From assembly GCF_030144855.1 (NCBI RefSeq), contig NC_082736.1, positions 10,168,001 through 10,232,000 of the forward strand: a stretch of 64,000 nucleotides of DNA, read 5' to 3'. Under the pieces are notes generated by a model. That model was not told the origin of the DNA and ran no database searches. It was given only the letters and a program-made list of their open reading frames with translations. The stretch comes from Hypanus sabinus (Eukaryota). The translations under genes were made by a program, and so were the position numbers. Positions 1 through 13,199 of this stretch are shown in pieces; position 1 is the stretch's first letter; each line of letters opens with the position of its first letter.

Positions 1-19
1 CTCTAAATGGAAATAAAAT

Positions 20-490
20 TCAAACATCATTGAAGAGTGCCCAGAGGAGGTTCCTTGGTATGAATTCAGGGGTTAACATATCAGGTGTGTTTGGCAACTC
101 TGGGCCTGTACCCACTGGAATTTAGAAGAATGTGGTGACTCTCATTGAGCCCTATCGAATCTTGAAAGGACTGGATAAGGTGGATATGGAGAAAATGTTT
201 CCTCTAGTGGGGTTATTTTGACTGGGGGCACAGACTTAGAAGTGAGGGGCGAGCGTTTAGAACAAGGTTAAGGAGAATTATGTTTAACCACCGCACGGTG
301 AATCTGTGACTGGCCAAGTCCGTGGTTCTATCGAAAACGGAAAATATGAGTTTCCAAATTGGTCGGGGCATCAAGGGATTTGATGAGAGGGCAGGCGTAT
401 GGGGTTGAATGGGATCCCAGATGAGCCATGATGAAATGACGAAGCGAATTCGATCGGTGACCTAATTCTGTGCCTATGTCATGGGCTTAC
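20..490 (+). mobile_element. CR1-clade LINE 3' fragment (decayed)
   Basis: Decayed C-terminal ORF2 motifs (QRRF..., LGLYPLEFRR, LIEPYRILKGLDKVD) followed by a 3' UTR homologous to the other CR1 copies in the window. Confidence 0.75.
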
Positions 491-804
491 AAGCCGAATA
501 ACTATGGTTGTGATGAGGGGCCTGGAAGTTCAACCTAACATTGGATTGGTCGAAACAACATTTCAGTAATTCTCGAGTTATAGTCGGATGTTTGGATTAA
601 AATGTCTCGATCTGATCAGTTAGTCTTGGCACTACAGGTTTACATGTAGCTGGGAAGGATATCAAAGTTTCTACCTGCCGTGCAAATAATCCTTATTATG
701 CTGGAGAACCGCATGGGTGTCAGGATATGACAGCAAATGATCTTTAGGGACCATTCTGTTTCCTATCCTATCCGTATCAGCCATACGTTCATATAGTACA
801 CAGG

Positions 805-3800
805 AAGCAGGTGAGAACACGGAGATAGGCTACTCGAACACTGCTACTCCCCCTTCCGCAACGCTTACAAAGAGATCCTTCGCCCAACACCCACCCCGTT
901 TGGATAATCAGATCACTCCTCTATTTCCTGGTGCCAAAGTGCAGGCAGAAGCTGAAACACGAGACGGCCATAGTTAGAAGGGCCCACTGTTGATCCGACT
1001 AATTGGCCTCCATGCGGCAGGACTGCTCCGATGACGTCAACTGCAATGTGTTTCCTGATGAGGACATCTCCGAGTTCACGGAAGGGGTCCGGAAGCGCAT
1101 CGAGGATGTTGTTCCCCAGAAATCAGTCAGGCTCTTCCCAAATCAGAAACTTTTGATCAACATTTCCGTGCAAGAACCATTTACAATAGACAATAGACAA
1201 TAGGTGCAGAAGTAGACCATTCAGCCCCTCGAGTCTGCACCGCCATTCTGAGATCATGGCTGATCATTCACTATCAATACCCAGTCCCTGCCTTGTCCCC
1301 AGATCCCTTGATTCCCCTATCCATCAGATATCTATCGAGCTCCTTCTTGAAAGCATCCAGAGAATTGGCCTCCACCGTCTTCCGAGGCAGTACATTCCAC
1401 ACCTCCACAACTCTCTGGGAGAAGAAGCTCTTCCTCTACTCTGTTTGAAATAACTGACCTCTTATTCGCAATCCATGCCCTCTGGTACTGGACTCTCCCA
1501 ACATCTGGAACATATTTCCTGCCTCAATCCTATCAAATCCTTTAATTATCTTAAACGTTTCAATCAGATCCCCTCTCAATCTCCTCAATTCCAGCGTGTA
1601 CAAGCCCAATCTCTCCAATCTCTCTGCGTAAGGCAGCCCTGCCATCCCAGGAATCAACCTAGTGAATCTACGCTGCACTTCCTCAATTGCCAGAATGTCC
1701 TTCCTTAAACCTGGAGACCAAAACTGTACACAATATTCCAGGTGTGGTCTCACCAGGGCCCTGTACAAATGGAAAAGGACATCCTTGCTCTTGTTTTCAA
1801 TTCCCCTTGTAACAAAGGCCAACATTCCATTTGCCCTCTTCACTGCCTGTTGCACTTGCTCATTCACCTTCGTTGACTGGTGAACTAGGACTCCTAGGTC
1901 TCCTTGCATTTCTCCCATACCTAACTCTACACCGTTCAGACAGTACTCTGCCCTCTTGTTCCTGCTTCCAAAGTGGATAACTTCACATTTATTCACTTTG
2001 AATGACATCTGCCAAGTATCTGCCCACTCACCCAGCCTATCCAAGTCTCCCTGTATTCTCCTAACGTCCTCTTCGCATGTCACACTGCCACCCAGTTTAG
2101 TATCGTCAGCAAACTTGCTGATATAGTTTTCAATGCCCTCATCTAAATCATTGACATAAATCGTAAAGAGCTGTGGTCCCAATACAGAGCCCTGTGGTAC
2201 CCCACTAGTCACCTCCAGCCAGTCCGAGAAACACCCATTCACTGCTACCCTTTGCTTTCTATCTGCCAACTAGTTTTTTATCCATGTTGAAACCCTGCCC
2301 CCAATGCCATGAGCTCTGATTTTACTCACCAATCTCCTATGTGGCACCTTATCGAATGCCTTCTGAAAATCTAGGTATACAACATCCACTGGCTTACCCT
2401 CTTCTTACATCCTTGTTACACCCTCAAAAAACTCCAACAGATTAGTCAAGCATGATTTGCCCTTGGTAAATCCATGCTGGCTCGGCCTAATCCTATTTCT
2501 GCCATCAAGATGTGCCAATATTTCGTCCTTAATAATGGACTCAAGCATCTTCCCCACGACTGACGTTAGGCTAACAGGGCGATAGTTCTCCGTTTTCTCC
2601 TTCCCTCCCTTCTTGAAAAGTGGGACAACATTAGCCACTCTCCAATCTTCAGGAATAGAAGGAACATTGGAAAATGATTACCAATGCATCCGCAATTTCC
2701 TGAGCCACCTTATTTAGAACCCTCGGATGCAGACCATCTGGACCCAGGGATTTATTAGCCTTCAGTCCTACCAGTCTACTCATCACAGTTTCTTTCCTAA
2801 TGTCAATCTGTATCAATTCCTCTGATATCTTATGACCCTGGCCCATCCATACATCTGGGAGATTGCTTGTGTCCTCCCTGGTGAAGACAGATCTAAAGTA
2901 CGCATTAAATTCTGTTGCCATTTCCCTGTTTCCCATAACAATTTCTCCCAATTCATTCTTCAAGGGGCCAACATTGTTCTTAACTATCTTCTTTCTCTTC
3001 ACATAACTAAAAAAAGTTTTTGCTATCCCCTTTTATATTCCTGGCTATACTGAGCTCATACCTGTTTTTTTTTTCTCTCCGTATTGCTTTTTTAGTTAAG
3101 ATCTGCTGTTCCTTAAAACTTTCCCAATCATCTGTATTCCCACTCATCTTAGCTCTGTCATACTTCTTTTTCTTTAATGCTATACAATCTCTGACTTCCT
3201 TTGTCAACAACTCTGGTCCCTTCCCTCTCTTTGAATCCTTCCTTCTCATTGGAATGAACTGCTTTTGCATCTTTTGTATTATCCCCAAGAATATCTGCCA
3301 TTGCTGATCCATTATCTTTCCTACCAGGGCATCCGCCCATTTAACTTTGGCCAGCTCTTCCCTCATGGCTCCGTAGTCTCCTTTATTTAATTGCAACACT
3401 GACACCTCTGATCTGCCCTTATCCCTCTCAAATTGTAGATAAAAACTTATCATGTTATGATCACTACTTCCTAATGGCTCATTTACTTCAAGATCACTGA
3501 TCAATTCCTATTCATTACACATCACCAAGTCCAAAATAGCCTCGTTCCTGGTTGGCTCAAGCACAAGCTGTTCCAAAAATACTTCCCTTAGGCACTCCAC
3601 AAACTCCCTATCCTGGGGTCCAGCACCTACCTGATTCTCCCAGTCCACCTGCATGTTGAAATCTCCCATAACGACTGCATTACCTTTAGCACATGCCAAT
3701 GTTAACTCCCTAATCAACTTGTACCCAATATCCACGCTACTGTTTGGGGGCCTGTACACAACACCCATTAGGGTCTTTTTACCCTTACTGTTCCTCAGCT

Positions 3801-4390
3801 CAATCCACATAGACTCTAATTCCCCTGTTCCCAAGTCACCTCTTGCTAAGGACTGAATATCATTCCTCACCAACAGGGCCACCCCACCCTCTCTTTACCG
3901 CGTGAGATGGAGCTTACATTGCCGGTAATCAACAAGAGCTCAGGAAAAGCAGCTTTGATCTGAGCAAAGACATCAACGCAGCGAAATAACGACACGGAGA
4001 CCCGATTCAGATTCAACTTTCCACCATGTGTGATGCCTGTGTGAGAAAACTACAGCTCTTGTTGAATACTACAGTTGAACCTTCCGTGCCATAATTCCCT
4101 CTAGGCTCGACAAGAAGCTCAGAGACCTCAGCCACGGATGTATTTGAACTTGTGTAGCTGGATCCTGGACTTCCTGTCAGGTGGCCGCTAGGTTGTAAGA
4201 GTGGGCTCCCTCACCTCTGTCCCTCTGACTCTCAACATAGATGCCCCTCAGGGCTGTGTACTAAGCTGCCTCCTTTACTTTCTATATACTCATGGGTGTA
4301 TCGCCACCCACAGACCAGCGTGCTAATTAAATTTGCTGCCAACTACACCGATTGGCCTAATCTCAAATAATAATGAGGCAGCCACGAGTT
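805..4390 (+). mobile_element. Rex1/Babar-like LINE remnant, split by a CR1 insertion at 1185-3893
   Basis: Endonuclease C-terminal motifs (HCYSPFRNAY, FG.SDH) at ~830-920. The reading continues after 3894, then RT motifs [14 protein letters not shown] and KFA.. at 4138-4340. Confidence 0.7.
1185..3893 (-). mobile_element. CR1-clade LINE, 5'-truncated, near-complete ORF2 (APE endonuclease + RT) broken by stops and frameshifts
   Basis: ORF pieces 3882-3508 (VYRPP, GDFN, ILDLV), 3504-3007 (LGSSDH), 2638-2405 (NYRPVSLTS, QHGF) and 2269-1436 (SGVPQGSVLGP, KFADDTKL). (CTATTGT)n 3' tail at 1185-1202. TTTAC duplicated at 1180-1184 and 3894-3898. Confidence 0.93.
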
Positions 4391-7300
4391 ATAAGAAGGG
4401 ATGGAAAGAGTGTTCTTTGGAAAGTTATAATGTTGAAATTGGGAGCGTGAATATAGGATTCGCTGATGGAGGGCGAACTTCATCTCAGCCATCCATAAAT
4501 CTGATAATGAAGGAGAACCTTGCAGTCCCATGAACTGATACGCATCGATATTTGTGAGGCTCTGGTCTTACTGAGTTGCAACATTTCTGTCTATTGACTG
4601 GACACGATTTGTGGAGAAGGCAAAGGAGACAATCCATCAATAGGCTAAGCATACGAATGTTATTAAGGCATGCTGATAAAGCAAATGAAATGTTGAGGGT
4701 CTCAGACTAGTGGATTGACTTTTGTAGATGCGGATCAAATGTTCATTACATGAGTGGGTGAGGATACTATCGTATGCTGCGGTAATATCAATTTTATATA
4801 CGATGTGTCTCACCTTAGTCAGCTGAAGGCTGCAGTTGTGCAAAAGGAACAGGCTGTCGGTCGTTTGGCTTGATCAGCGCTTTAAAGAAAACATTATGAT
4901 AATTCAGGTAATCCTTCGAGATCATTTCCAAAAAAAAAAAACGTTTCTTTGATAGAATACAATATCCAGGATTTTGACTATTGTTCACCGCATCTGTTCC
5001 ACGTAATTCAGGGCGGTTGCACATTTGAGAACAAAGAGCCATAAGTTGCCGATTGTCACTTCTTGGGAAGAAGACAGTTAATAAATGTTGGTCTGGGACA
5101 GAGCCGATGAAAAGGTGTTAACATTTAGACACATGACCGACAGCCAATGAAATTCGAAAGGATTATGCGAATTGGACATATCAGCAGAACCTTTTATAAT
5201 ACTGGAGGCGGTAACAATGGAAACGATCAATTATCGCGGATGGGACGTGCACCACGGACACGTAGAGATTCGAATCAGGACTAAAAGAAACATCCAGTCA
5301 GCAGCAGAAGCTGCTCTTTAACTGGTATCACTTTTCTGTGCTTTGAATGTTCATGAATGAACAGAAAAACTTCGTTGATGTGCACACAGTTACTGGTTGT
5401 GTAAGTTCATGTGTTCTACTGTTCAGGCAATAAAGGTACTTGTCGGTAAATACAGATTCTCCTCGTATTCCACTGACAAGGGATTACAAGGGATTATTTT
5501 TGTAATATCACTTTGGAAAACTGAGCTACAAATGGGCTTGTTGTATGAGGCGGACATTGAGGTCAGAGATTTGTTCAGTGATTTCACAGTTTACACCATT
5601 TGGATTCATCATCAACAGGAACAGGGACGAGTGGAGATGAAATGTTCAACGGTTAATCTGAAAACTAAATCGTCAGGCATTCATTGCAATCATAGCATCA
5701 TCGAGAAAATTAAGCCCATCATTGACGCATCATCAAATGTGCATTTACCTTATCACAGGGTTAGAGGATCTGCAGGATTTACCATGTGTAATGCTCGCCC
5801 AATGCGCCAGCTCTACTACAAGGACAATGTCAGTATGTACACGGAATCTTCAGCAACGGACGGTCCCCGTGCCAGTGTCATTCCGTACTGAGATGGAAGT
5901 ATATCATTCGTTCTCCATTGTTCTTCGTTCGAAGTCTTTCCATCCATCGAGGTAAAAAGAAGCTAACCACTACATTCCCATGGATCAGTTTGAGATCGGT
6001 GATAAATGCCACCGAGGTAGCAAAGCGCATAAGCGTAATAAATCAGCAAATAAAACCAAAGGGTCACAAGGAGACTCTTCGGGAGGCCCGAAACGTCGAC
6101 CGTTCTTTTTTTCCATAGATGCTGCCCAGCCTGTTGAGTTTCTCCAGCATTTTGGGTGTGTTGCATCGCTATATAGAGTAGCGTTCTAGGTCGAAGTCTG
6201 AATCCTGCGAAGAACTATGAACTTTACCATCAAGGCATGTCAGATCTTTCGGTGAAATTTCCAGTTGACTTTCGATACGCATGCATTTCATATTACACGT
6301 CAGCAAATCAGAACTCTTGTTTTATATCTGTTTTAATGTCGCTTCAATATCGTCAATAGCGTGTAAACCGTCCGGCATTCTCCGCTGACATATGTTTACA
6401 AGTTTCAATTTTAAAGCTGTGGTTCTAGTTCCCGAACTCTTTATGCTCAAAGGAAATGTCTCCGTGACCATTATGACTGCTCTCTTCACCATTTTCAGCT
6501 CCAATGGCGGGTCAAATGCCGATGACACGAGCAATCACCAGCTCGCTTGTACGTTATAGACTTCGAATACCCCTCAGTAAACTGCTGAAGGGTTTTAGAT
6601 TCAACTGTTCTCCCGGCGGGACTCTGTCTTGCAGAGTGCAGATTCCGGACGAACAGTATCCTGGCACAAAGATTCCAGGGCAGTCATTTTAACATAAAAT
6701 CCGGGGGATGGGACGATTCTCTGAGGTCCAGCGGAGTTATCAAGTCAAACGGATCAGTTTTGGCGCGGACGAAATTGTTTCCATGTCTTTCCGGTTGATT
6801 TAACAGCGATTGTGATCCTGTCTCGGGGAACGCGTGGTCTGAAATGGATCAATGTTACCTGGTGAAAAAAGGTAAAAACTGATCTCATGGGATTTGTCTT
6901 CTTTGCTATTGTGTAGCAGACTAATTACATCTACAATTATTCAAACTCTTGCTCATTATCCGATTTGTCTTCTGAAATGTGGCCCAATGATTGCAATTAT
7001 TGATTTTTCCGTTCAGCAAACAGCGGATTTCAATTTCGACCTCCATATCGCATTTTTTTGTCAAAGGCTGCGGGATCGATACTACACCACGAGAACAGAC
7101 ACTGTGGTTATAGTGACCGGGACTGCCGTGAGCTCCGCGATGAACGGTCCGTTTTACTTTGCCCTGGAACCTGTCGTCAAACTTGACAACGTACAGCGGG
7201 GCTGTTTTCCCAGGGACGATGAATTCCTTTATCAGCGTGTAAAGAACACGAGTGACCAGACAGTATCTTCACTGTCTCCGCCTCTGTATTTCTGCTGTTC

Positions 7301-7659
7301 AATAGGTTTGCAGTCAGATAGAACTTCGCGGCAAAGAAAGTCGAAATGGGGACGTCGAAGCAAAAGTGGAAATCAGAAGGACGAAGAGGTGGTGAGCCCG
7401 AATTTTGTTGTTCGCTGTATCAGTTAATTCCCCTGTTACTCGGGATGACCTGTTGAGTATATTCTATGATCTGGCTTGTGGTCAATTGTTCTACGCAGAC
7501 AGATATTTGAATGTCCTGACATATATCCTGCAGCTGTTCGCGTATATGTTGTCAGTAATGTGTATATGAAGCAACACGTGCATCAATGGACGAACGCAGA
7601 GAATGCTGTGAAAAGAGCTGAAGAATGGATTAACTGTGTGTTTGCATTAAGTCGCCTGA

Positions 7660-8030
7660 AGTGTAGATCCAATCTCCCTAACTGCCAATCGGCTTCCACT
7701 GGTACTCTTCCCCCAACACTTTCTTCAATGGCCTTCTGTGCTATTCAATCAAATTCCTCCTTTTTCAGCATCTTTTTACCAATAGTCTTTCCAGTTATTT
7801 ACTTCAAACAACCCCTACCCTCCAGGTTTCACCTCTCACCGTGTACATCTTCCTCCATTTCCCCATTTAAGCCTTACTTCTAATCTATGTTTTACTGTCC
7901 TGGTGAAGGTTATCGGCCGAAATGTCGACCGCTTCCTCGTTTCCATGGATGCTGCCTGGTCTGCTGAGTTCCTCCAGCATTGTGTGTATTATTTTTATTT
8001 CCAGTATCTGGAGACTCTCTTTTGTTTCTG
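7660..8030 (+). mobile_element. Penelope-like element terminal fragment with decayed hammerhead core
   Basis: Pyrimidine-rich tract, then CTGGTGAAGGTTATCGGCCGAAATGTCGACCG and GATGCTGCCTGGTCTGCTGAGTTCCTCCAGCAT. Same family as 51290-51940. Confidence 0.65.
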
Positions 8031-8985
8031 ATTTGGTCCTGACCACGGTGAGTCCCCTGTCTCCTACCACCTCTTTACTCCTGTCAACCACGTACACTGG
8101 GGTAGTTTCCCGCAGCCAATGGACGCAGCATCCAGCGCGACTTCGGTATGCCGAAGAAAACCGTTTGGATCAAGTTTGATTCTCACCATTCAACAGTTGA
8201 CCTCGCTGCCTGCTGTCCGCCATTTTCAATATCACGGCGCAGCAGTATTTTTCTGAGAGATTCTCAGACGGTCAGCCCGAGTCCACTGCCTCATACCCTA
8301 CCCGATACTGGGAGTTTCATTGTCAAACGAGACAATGAAACCCCGGAAATATTCAGCAGTGAGATAGAAAGCGCGGAACGAAAGGTAAAACAAAACCACA
8401 AGTTGATACTGTGCCTTTAGAGCTTGCCAGTACTGATGTTATTGAATGAGGTTGTGAAACGAAATGATCCATGTCCGACCATAGCAGTGTTCCGGCAGGC
8501 AGGATTCACGGAACGATAACGGTAGGAACTGTTACGGGAGGAATTATGCGAAAGCACAGTGCAACAACGATCAGGGTAAAGGAGCATCACCACAGCTCAG
8601 TTTGTTGTGGAATCGAACAGGCAGAGTCGGGCTTTAAACATAGACGCATTAGAAAGCAGTGAGACGAAATCCGGTGCAGATCGCTCCGGCCACAAACGGT
8701 GGTGGTGGTGTTGAGGATGGGAGAGCAGGTGCTAGATCGGAGCCGATTGCGTTGTGTTGAAAATCGAGGAAAATGCTGCATGGAAATGAGAATAAAAACC
8801 AAAACTGACGAAGTTGGAAGCACACAGAAGAAAAAGAGACTGTCAGTGTCCCGATTGGCAATTCTCCATCTTGATATTACCTTCTTAATTGTGCTTTAAT
8901 CCCGTCGTCTGATTTCCAATCATTCCCAGTTCCGCCAATTACAGCACACCGGGTTCCCTTTAGCGAACATAGGAGAAAACTCGAG

Positions 8986-11446
8986 TGTCACAGCTCTGGT
9001 TTGCCGGTTCGTTGGTTGATTCTGGTGTGAGTAAACCTCGTTTCCTGATTCCTCTGGACTGTCGGTTCTAAGCTCCGCATCATTTCCTGGATATATCGTC
9101 GTAAACCTTGTCTCCGTGTTAAGACTCTCCCGGATACCGGTTCCTCGTTAGCGACGGTGCTAACTCCTCACGTCTCTGCCTTCGCGCCTGTGTCCTGCAC
9201 TTGGGGTCGCCCTCAGCCTCGTCCTTGCAACAGATAGAACTGGCCAAGAGTGAACCCAGCGGACACGGACATCGTGCAACAGGTCCACGCCAGCCAGGGC
9301 TACCTACTGGGAACCCACGACCAACTGCTCAGAGAGGTCACGGAAATACTTCGTGTGTTGTCCACGAAAGTGAGGAAGGTCAGTGAGCAGGTTGAGCGGG
9401 CATCCACTTCCCTTACTCCGTCCCTTCCAACAACCCCGACTGACCAAACCGCACAGCCTGGGATGTTCACGTCTCTTTGGTCGGCAACACAGTCCACTGG
9501 AGAACTGTACATACCCGGGCCGGAATCCTACGCTGGGAACCTAGGGAAATGGCAGGCCTTATATTACAAAGCTCTTTGGTCTTTGAGCAACCCCCACGTC
9601 CGTACACCTCGGACAGATCAAAGATGGTGTACATCGAGAGGAGGTCTGATTCTGATTCAGCTTGGTGCTGCGCAAGCACCGCCGGACAGCTGTTATAATG
9701 CTCAGTCGGTGTGAACGGCCTGAGAGTTATATTGCAAAGTGAGCTTTGTTGACTCGATCCCCTAAATTGATATCATTGAGTCTATCTTTAAAAATAGTCA
9801 TGTCAGAAATACTGCGCAGCTCTGGCGACGGAAGATTCCACTCTCTTCTTGATTTGGGTAGATTTAATCTCACCCATTCACCTCAAGCCACTATAGTTCT
9901 AGGATGTCCCTGGCTGAACCACCATAACTCCTACATCGACTGGTCCAGCGGGAGCCCGTTTAGCCACGCTACCTGTCTACGGTCGGCTCTACCCATTATG
10001 GAGGTTCCCACCACCTCTCCTGTCTTGGAAGTCCTCGCCTTGTCCAGAATCCCCGCAGAATACCATGACCTGGGACAGGTATTCAGCAAACAACGGGTTC
10101 TTTCCATGACCCGCACCTCGCGTATGATTGCGCTATCGACCTTCTCCCCGGAGCCTCGTTGCCCACCAGTCGTCTTTATTACTTATCCCGCCCGGAGAGA
10201 GAAGCCATGGAGAAATATATTAGTGAGTCCTTCGCGGCGCGCATCATTCGACATTCATCCTCCACGGTAGGCGACGGTTTCTTCTTTGTAATGAAGAAGG
10301 ATGGGTCGCTTTGTCCTCGTATTGATGACCGACTAAACAATATAACAGTTAAAAAGAAGTACCCACTACCCCTCATTAACTCTGCATTTGAACCATTTCA
10401 CAGAGCCACCATCTTCTCGGAGTTAGAGATTCGAAGCGCCTGCCATCTAGTCAGGATGAGGGACGGAGTCGAGTGGAAGACGGTTTTTAATACACATTTG
10501 GGCCACTCTGAATACTTCTTCATGCCGTTTCACCTCACCAATGCCCCCACCGTTTTTCAAGCCCTAATGAATCATACACAGAGGGACTTTATTAATCCTT
10601 TCGGGTTCGGCTACCTAGATGATATCTGAATATTGTCTAGCAGCGCCTAGAACTACACTCACCATGACCGTCCAGCCCTCCAGAGACTGTGGGAGAACAA
10701 GTTATTTGTGAAGGCTGAGAAATGTGAGTTCCACGTCCATTCGGTCAGCTTCCTGGGCTACATCATTGAGAGTGGGCAGCTGAGGGCAGACCTCGAGAAG
10801 ATCCGAGCGGTGGAAGAATGGCCCAGGCCCACAACCCCCAAGCACATTCAGCGTTTTTTGGGGGGTTTGCAAACATTTATCGCCGACTTATCAGGGATTA
10901 CACTCGGGTGGCGGCGCCCCTTACCCGACTTTCCTCGCCTACAACACCTTTTTGTTGGGATTCCGAGGCTGATTCGTCATTCACTCACCTGAGGAGGCGG
11001 TTCACAACCGCTCCCATGCTGGTCCCTCCCGTCAGTTCATTGATGAGGTCGACGCCTCCGTCTCCGGGGTAGGGTCAGACCTGTCTCAACGATCAAGTCC
11101 TGACGAGAAGCTGTACCCTTGTGCCTTCTTTTCTCGCCGACAGTCCCCCGCCGAGCGGAATTCCAACGTGGGCAATCGGGAACTACTGGCAATCAAGCTA
11201 ACATTGGAGGCACTGGCTGCAGGGGGGTGGGGGGGCACCCATGCATTGTTTGGACTGATCATAAATTCCTGAGGACTCTCATTTCTAAGCTCCGCATCAT
11301 TTCCTGGATAAATCCTGGTGAAAGTTGTCTCCGTGTAAAGACTCTCCTGGAAACCGGTTCCCCTTTCGCGACTGTGTTAACGCCTCATGACTCTACCTCC
11401 GCGCCTGTGTCCTGCACTTGGGTACGATCTCAGCCTCGTCCTGGAA
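8986..11446 (+). mobile_element. Decayed Ty3/Gypsy (Sushi-ichi-like) LTR retrotransposon
   Basis: Direct repeat ~9067-9232 / ~11283-11446 (LTR 3' halves). Gag start NPAD at ~9250, protease-region LGCPWLNHHN..IDW, RT ([30 protein letters not shown]) and RNase H remnants. Many frameshifts; no integrase seen. Confidence 0.85.
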
Positions 11447-12227
11447 AAGGGAGCATTAGTCTGTTGGTCAGGGTGGATGTAAAATATGAAAGAAAGCGCA
11501 GAACTCGACGGATCAGGGACAGTGGAAGCAGACATATCAATTGTCTTTGTTCCAGCCATGTGATTGGAGATGGAGGCTGACATTTTGTGAAACTGTTTTA
11601 CATTCTCCGTTTTGTGAGATGGAGTTGCTGTGTTTTCTGTATTTTAAAGTAGACACAATGATGTTTCAGGAAATTTAGTGGACGGGAGATCTGTGAGGTG
11701 TCGTTTGATATATCAGAAGATGCGGGTTTGTGGAGATCAGTGGCTGCCTGGAGTGATTCGAGCTGGTTACTGAAGAGAACGAACAACCATAAATTGTAGA
11801 CTATCAGTTGCTGGGAGGAGGGTAATAAATGGATGCTGGCCTGGAGCAGAGCTAATAAAATGGTATAAACGGTTAAGCAAATGACCTACAGCAAGCCAAT
11901 GACACTGGAATGCAATGTTTAGTTGGTAAGGAACAGGGATACATGTGGACACTTCGATTGTGCTGTCAGTGACAACTCCGGAGAATCCCCATCGCGAGGA
12001 AGAACCCACACGCCAGGGGCTGGAGAGGAAATGATCAAATGTTTGGCCCACGAAGATCCCCCTACTCCGGTGCCATAAACTGGACAAGTTGTCTGAGTGA
12101 GTATTGGCACAGAGGGAACAGTAGAATTCACTTTCCAAGTTGTTGGCCCGGAGTCAGCATCGTTTGGCTGTTGTTTGTGCAGAGACAATAAAGCGTGACC
12201 TTCGACTAATTATGAGTTCCGTTAATG

Positions 12228-12500
12228 AACATAGAAATATAGAAACATAGAAAACCTACCCCACAATACCGGCCCTTCAGCCCACAATGCTGTGCCGAAC
12301 ATGTACTTACCTTAGAAATTACCTGGGGATGACCAGAGCCTTCTATATTTCTAAGCCTCATGTATCTACCTTCTTACAAGACCCTATTGTATCTACCTCA
12401 TCCACAGTCGCCGGCAGCCCTTTCCATGCACTCACTACTCGTTGCGCACAAAAATACCTACTCCTGACATCTCCTCTGTACCTACTTCCAAACAGCTTAA
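12228..12500 (-). mobile_element. CR1-related 3' end fragment
   Basis: (AACATAGA)n-type tail and a 3' UTR resembling the other CR1 ends. Confidence 0.6.
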
Positions 12501-13120
12501 ACGGTCAACACTCTAACACTCACAGCAAACTACCCGTGAATTAGTGTGAGTCGACTACATGGCCCGTCGAATTCCGAGCAGATGATGTTCTGTAACAAGT
12601 TATTTCAAGATTGAAGATTGAATTAGCAGGGGAAAAGTAATTAACTGAATAAAAGACCAACAGTCGACGCAAAAGAGAAAAAAATACAAATCATGTAAAC
12701 AATTGAAGCGAACAACAATTTGGATTCGGCCGAAAGTCTCCCTTATCAGTTCATCATATTAGCGGGCACGGTGCACAGCAGCCGAGGGCAGTTTTCTCAG
12801 GCTCAGCGCCATAGAGATGACCATCGCGGAGATAAAGAGAAACCGGCTCTCGTCGCGACCAACAAGAAGTCTTTTCAATCTGTCTGGGCCGGCGTTTAAA
12901 TTGATTCAATGACAGAACTGCACCATGGAGAGAGGAGTAAAGATCGCGGAGAGCGAGGGAAGTCAGCTCACGCCCCCGATCTGGCCGTCGTTTATATAGT
13001 CTAAACGGTGTATGATACCTCACATTAAGACCCGGGCACCGGGCCTAGACCAAGTTGGCTAGCACTTTGTTCTGGGCCCAGATTCCGTCACCAAACGCGA
13101 AGCCGTTTTCATGCATCACA

Positions 13121-13167
13121 GAAACAAGAGAGAATCTGCAGATGCTGGAGTTCCAAGCAATAAACAC

Positions 13168-13199
<32 letters not shown>

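Noticed and set aside
5397-8899. Several 130-180 aa ORFs as intact genes
   Set aside because: Non-ATG starts, no recognisable domains; some overlap Penelope repeats
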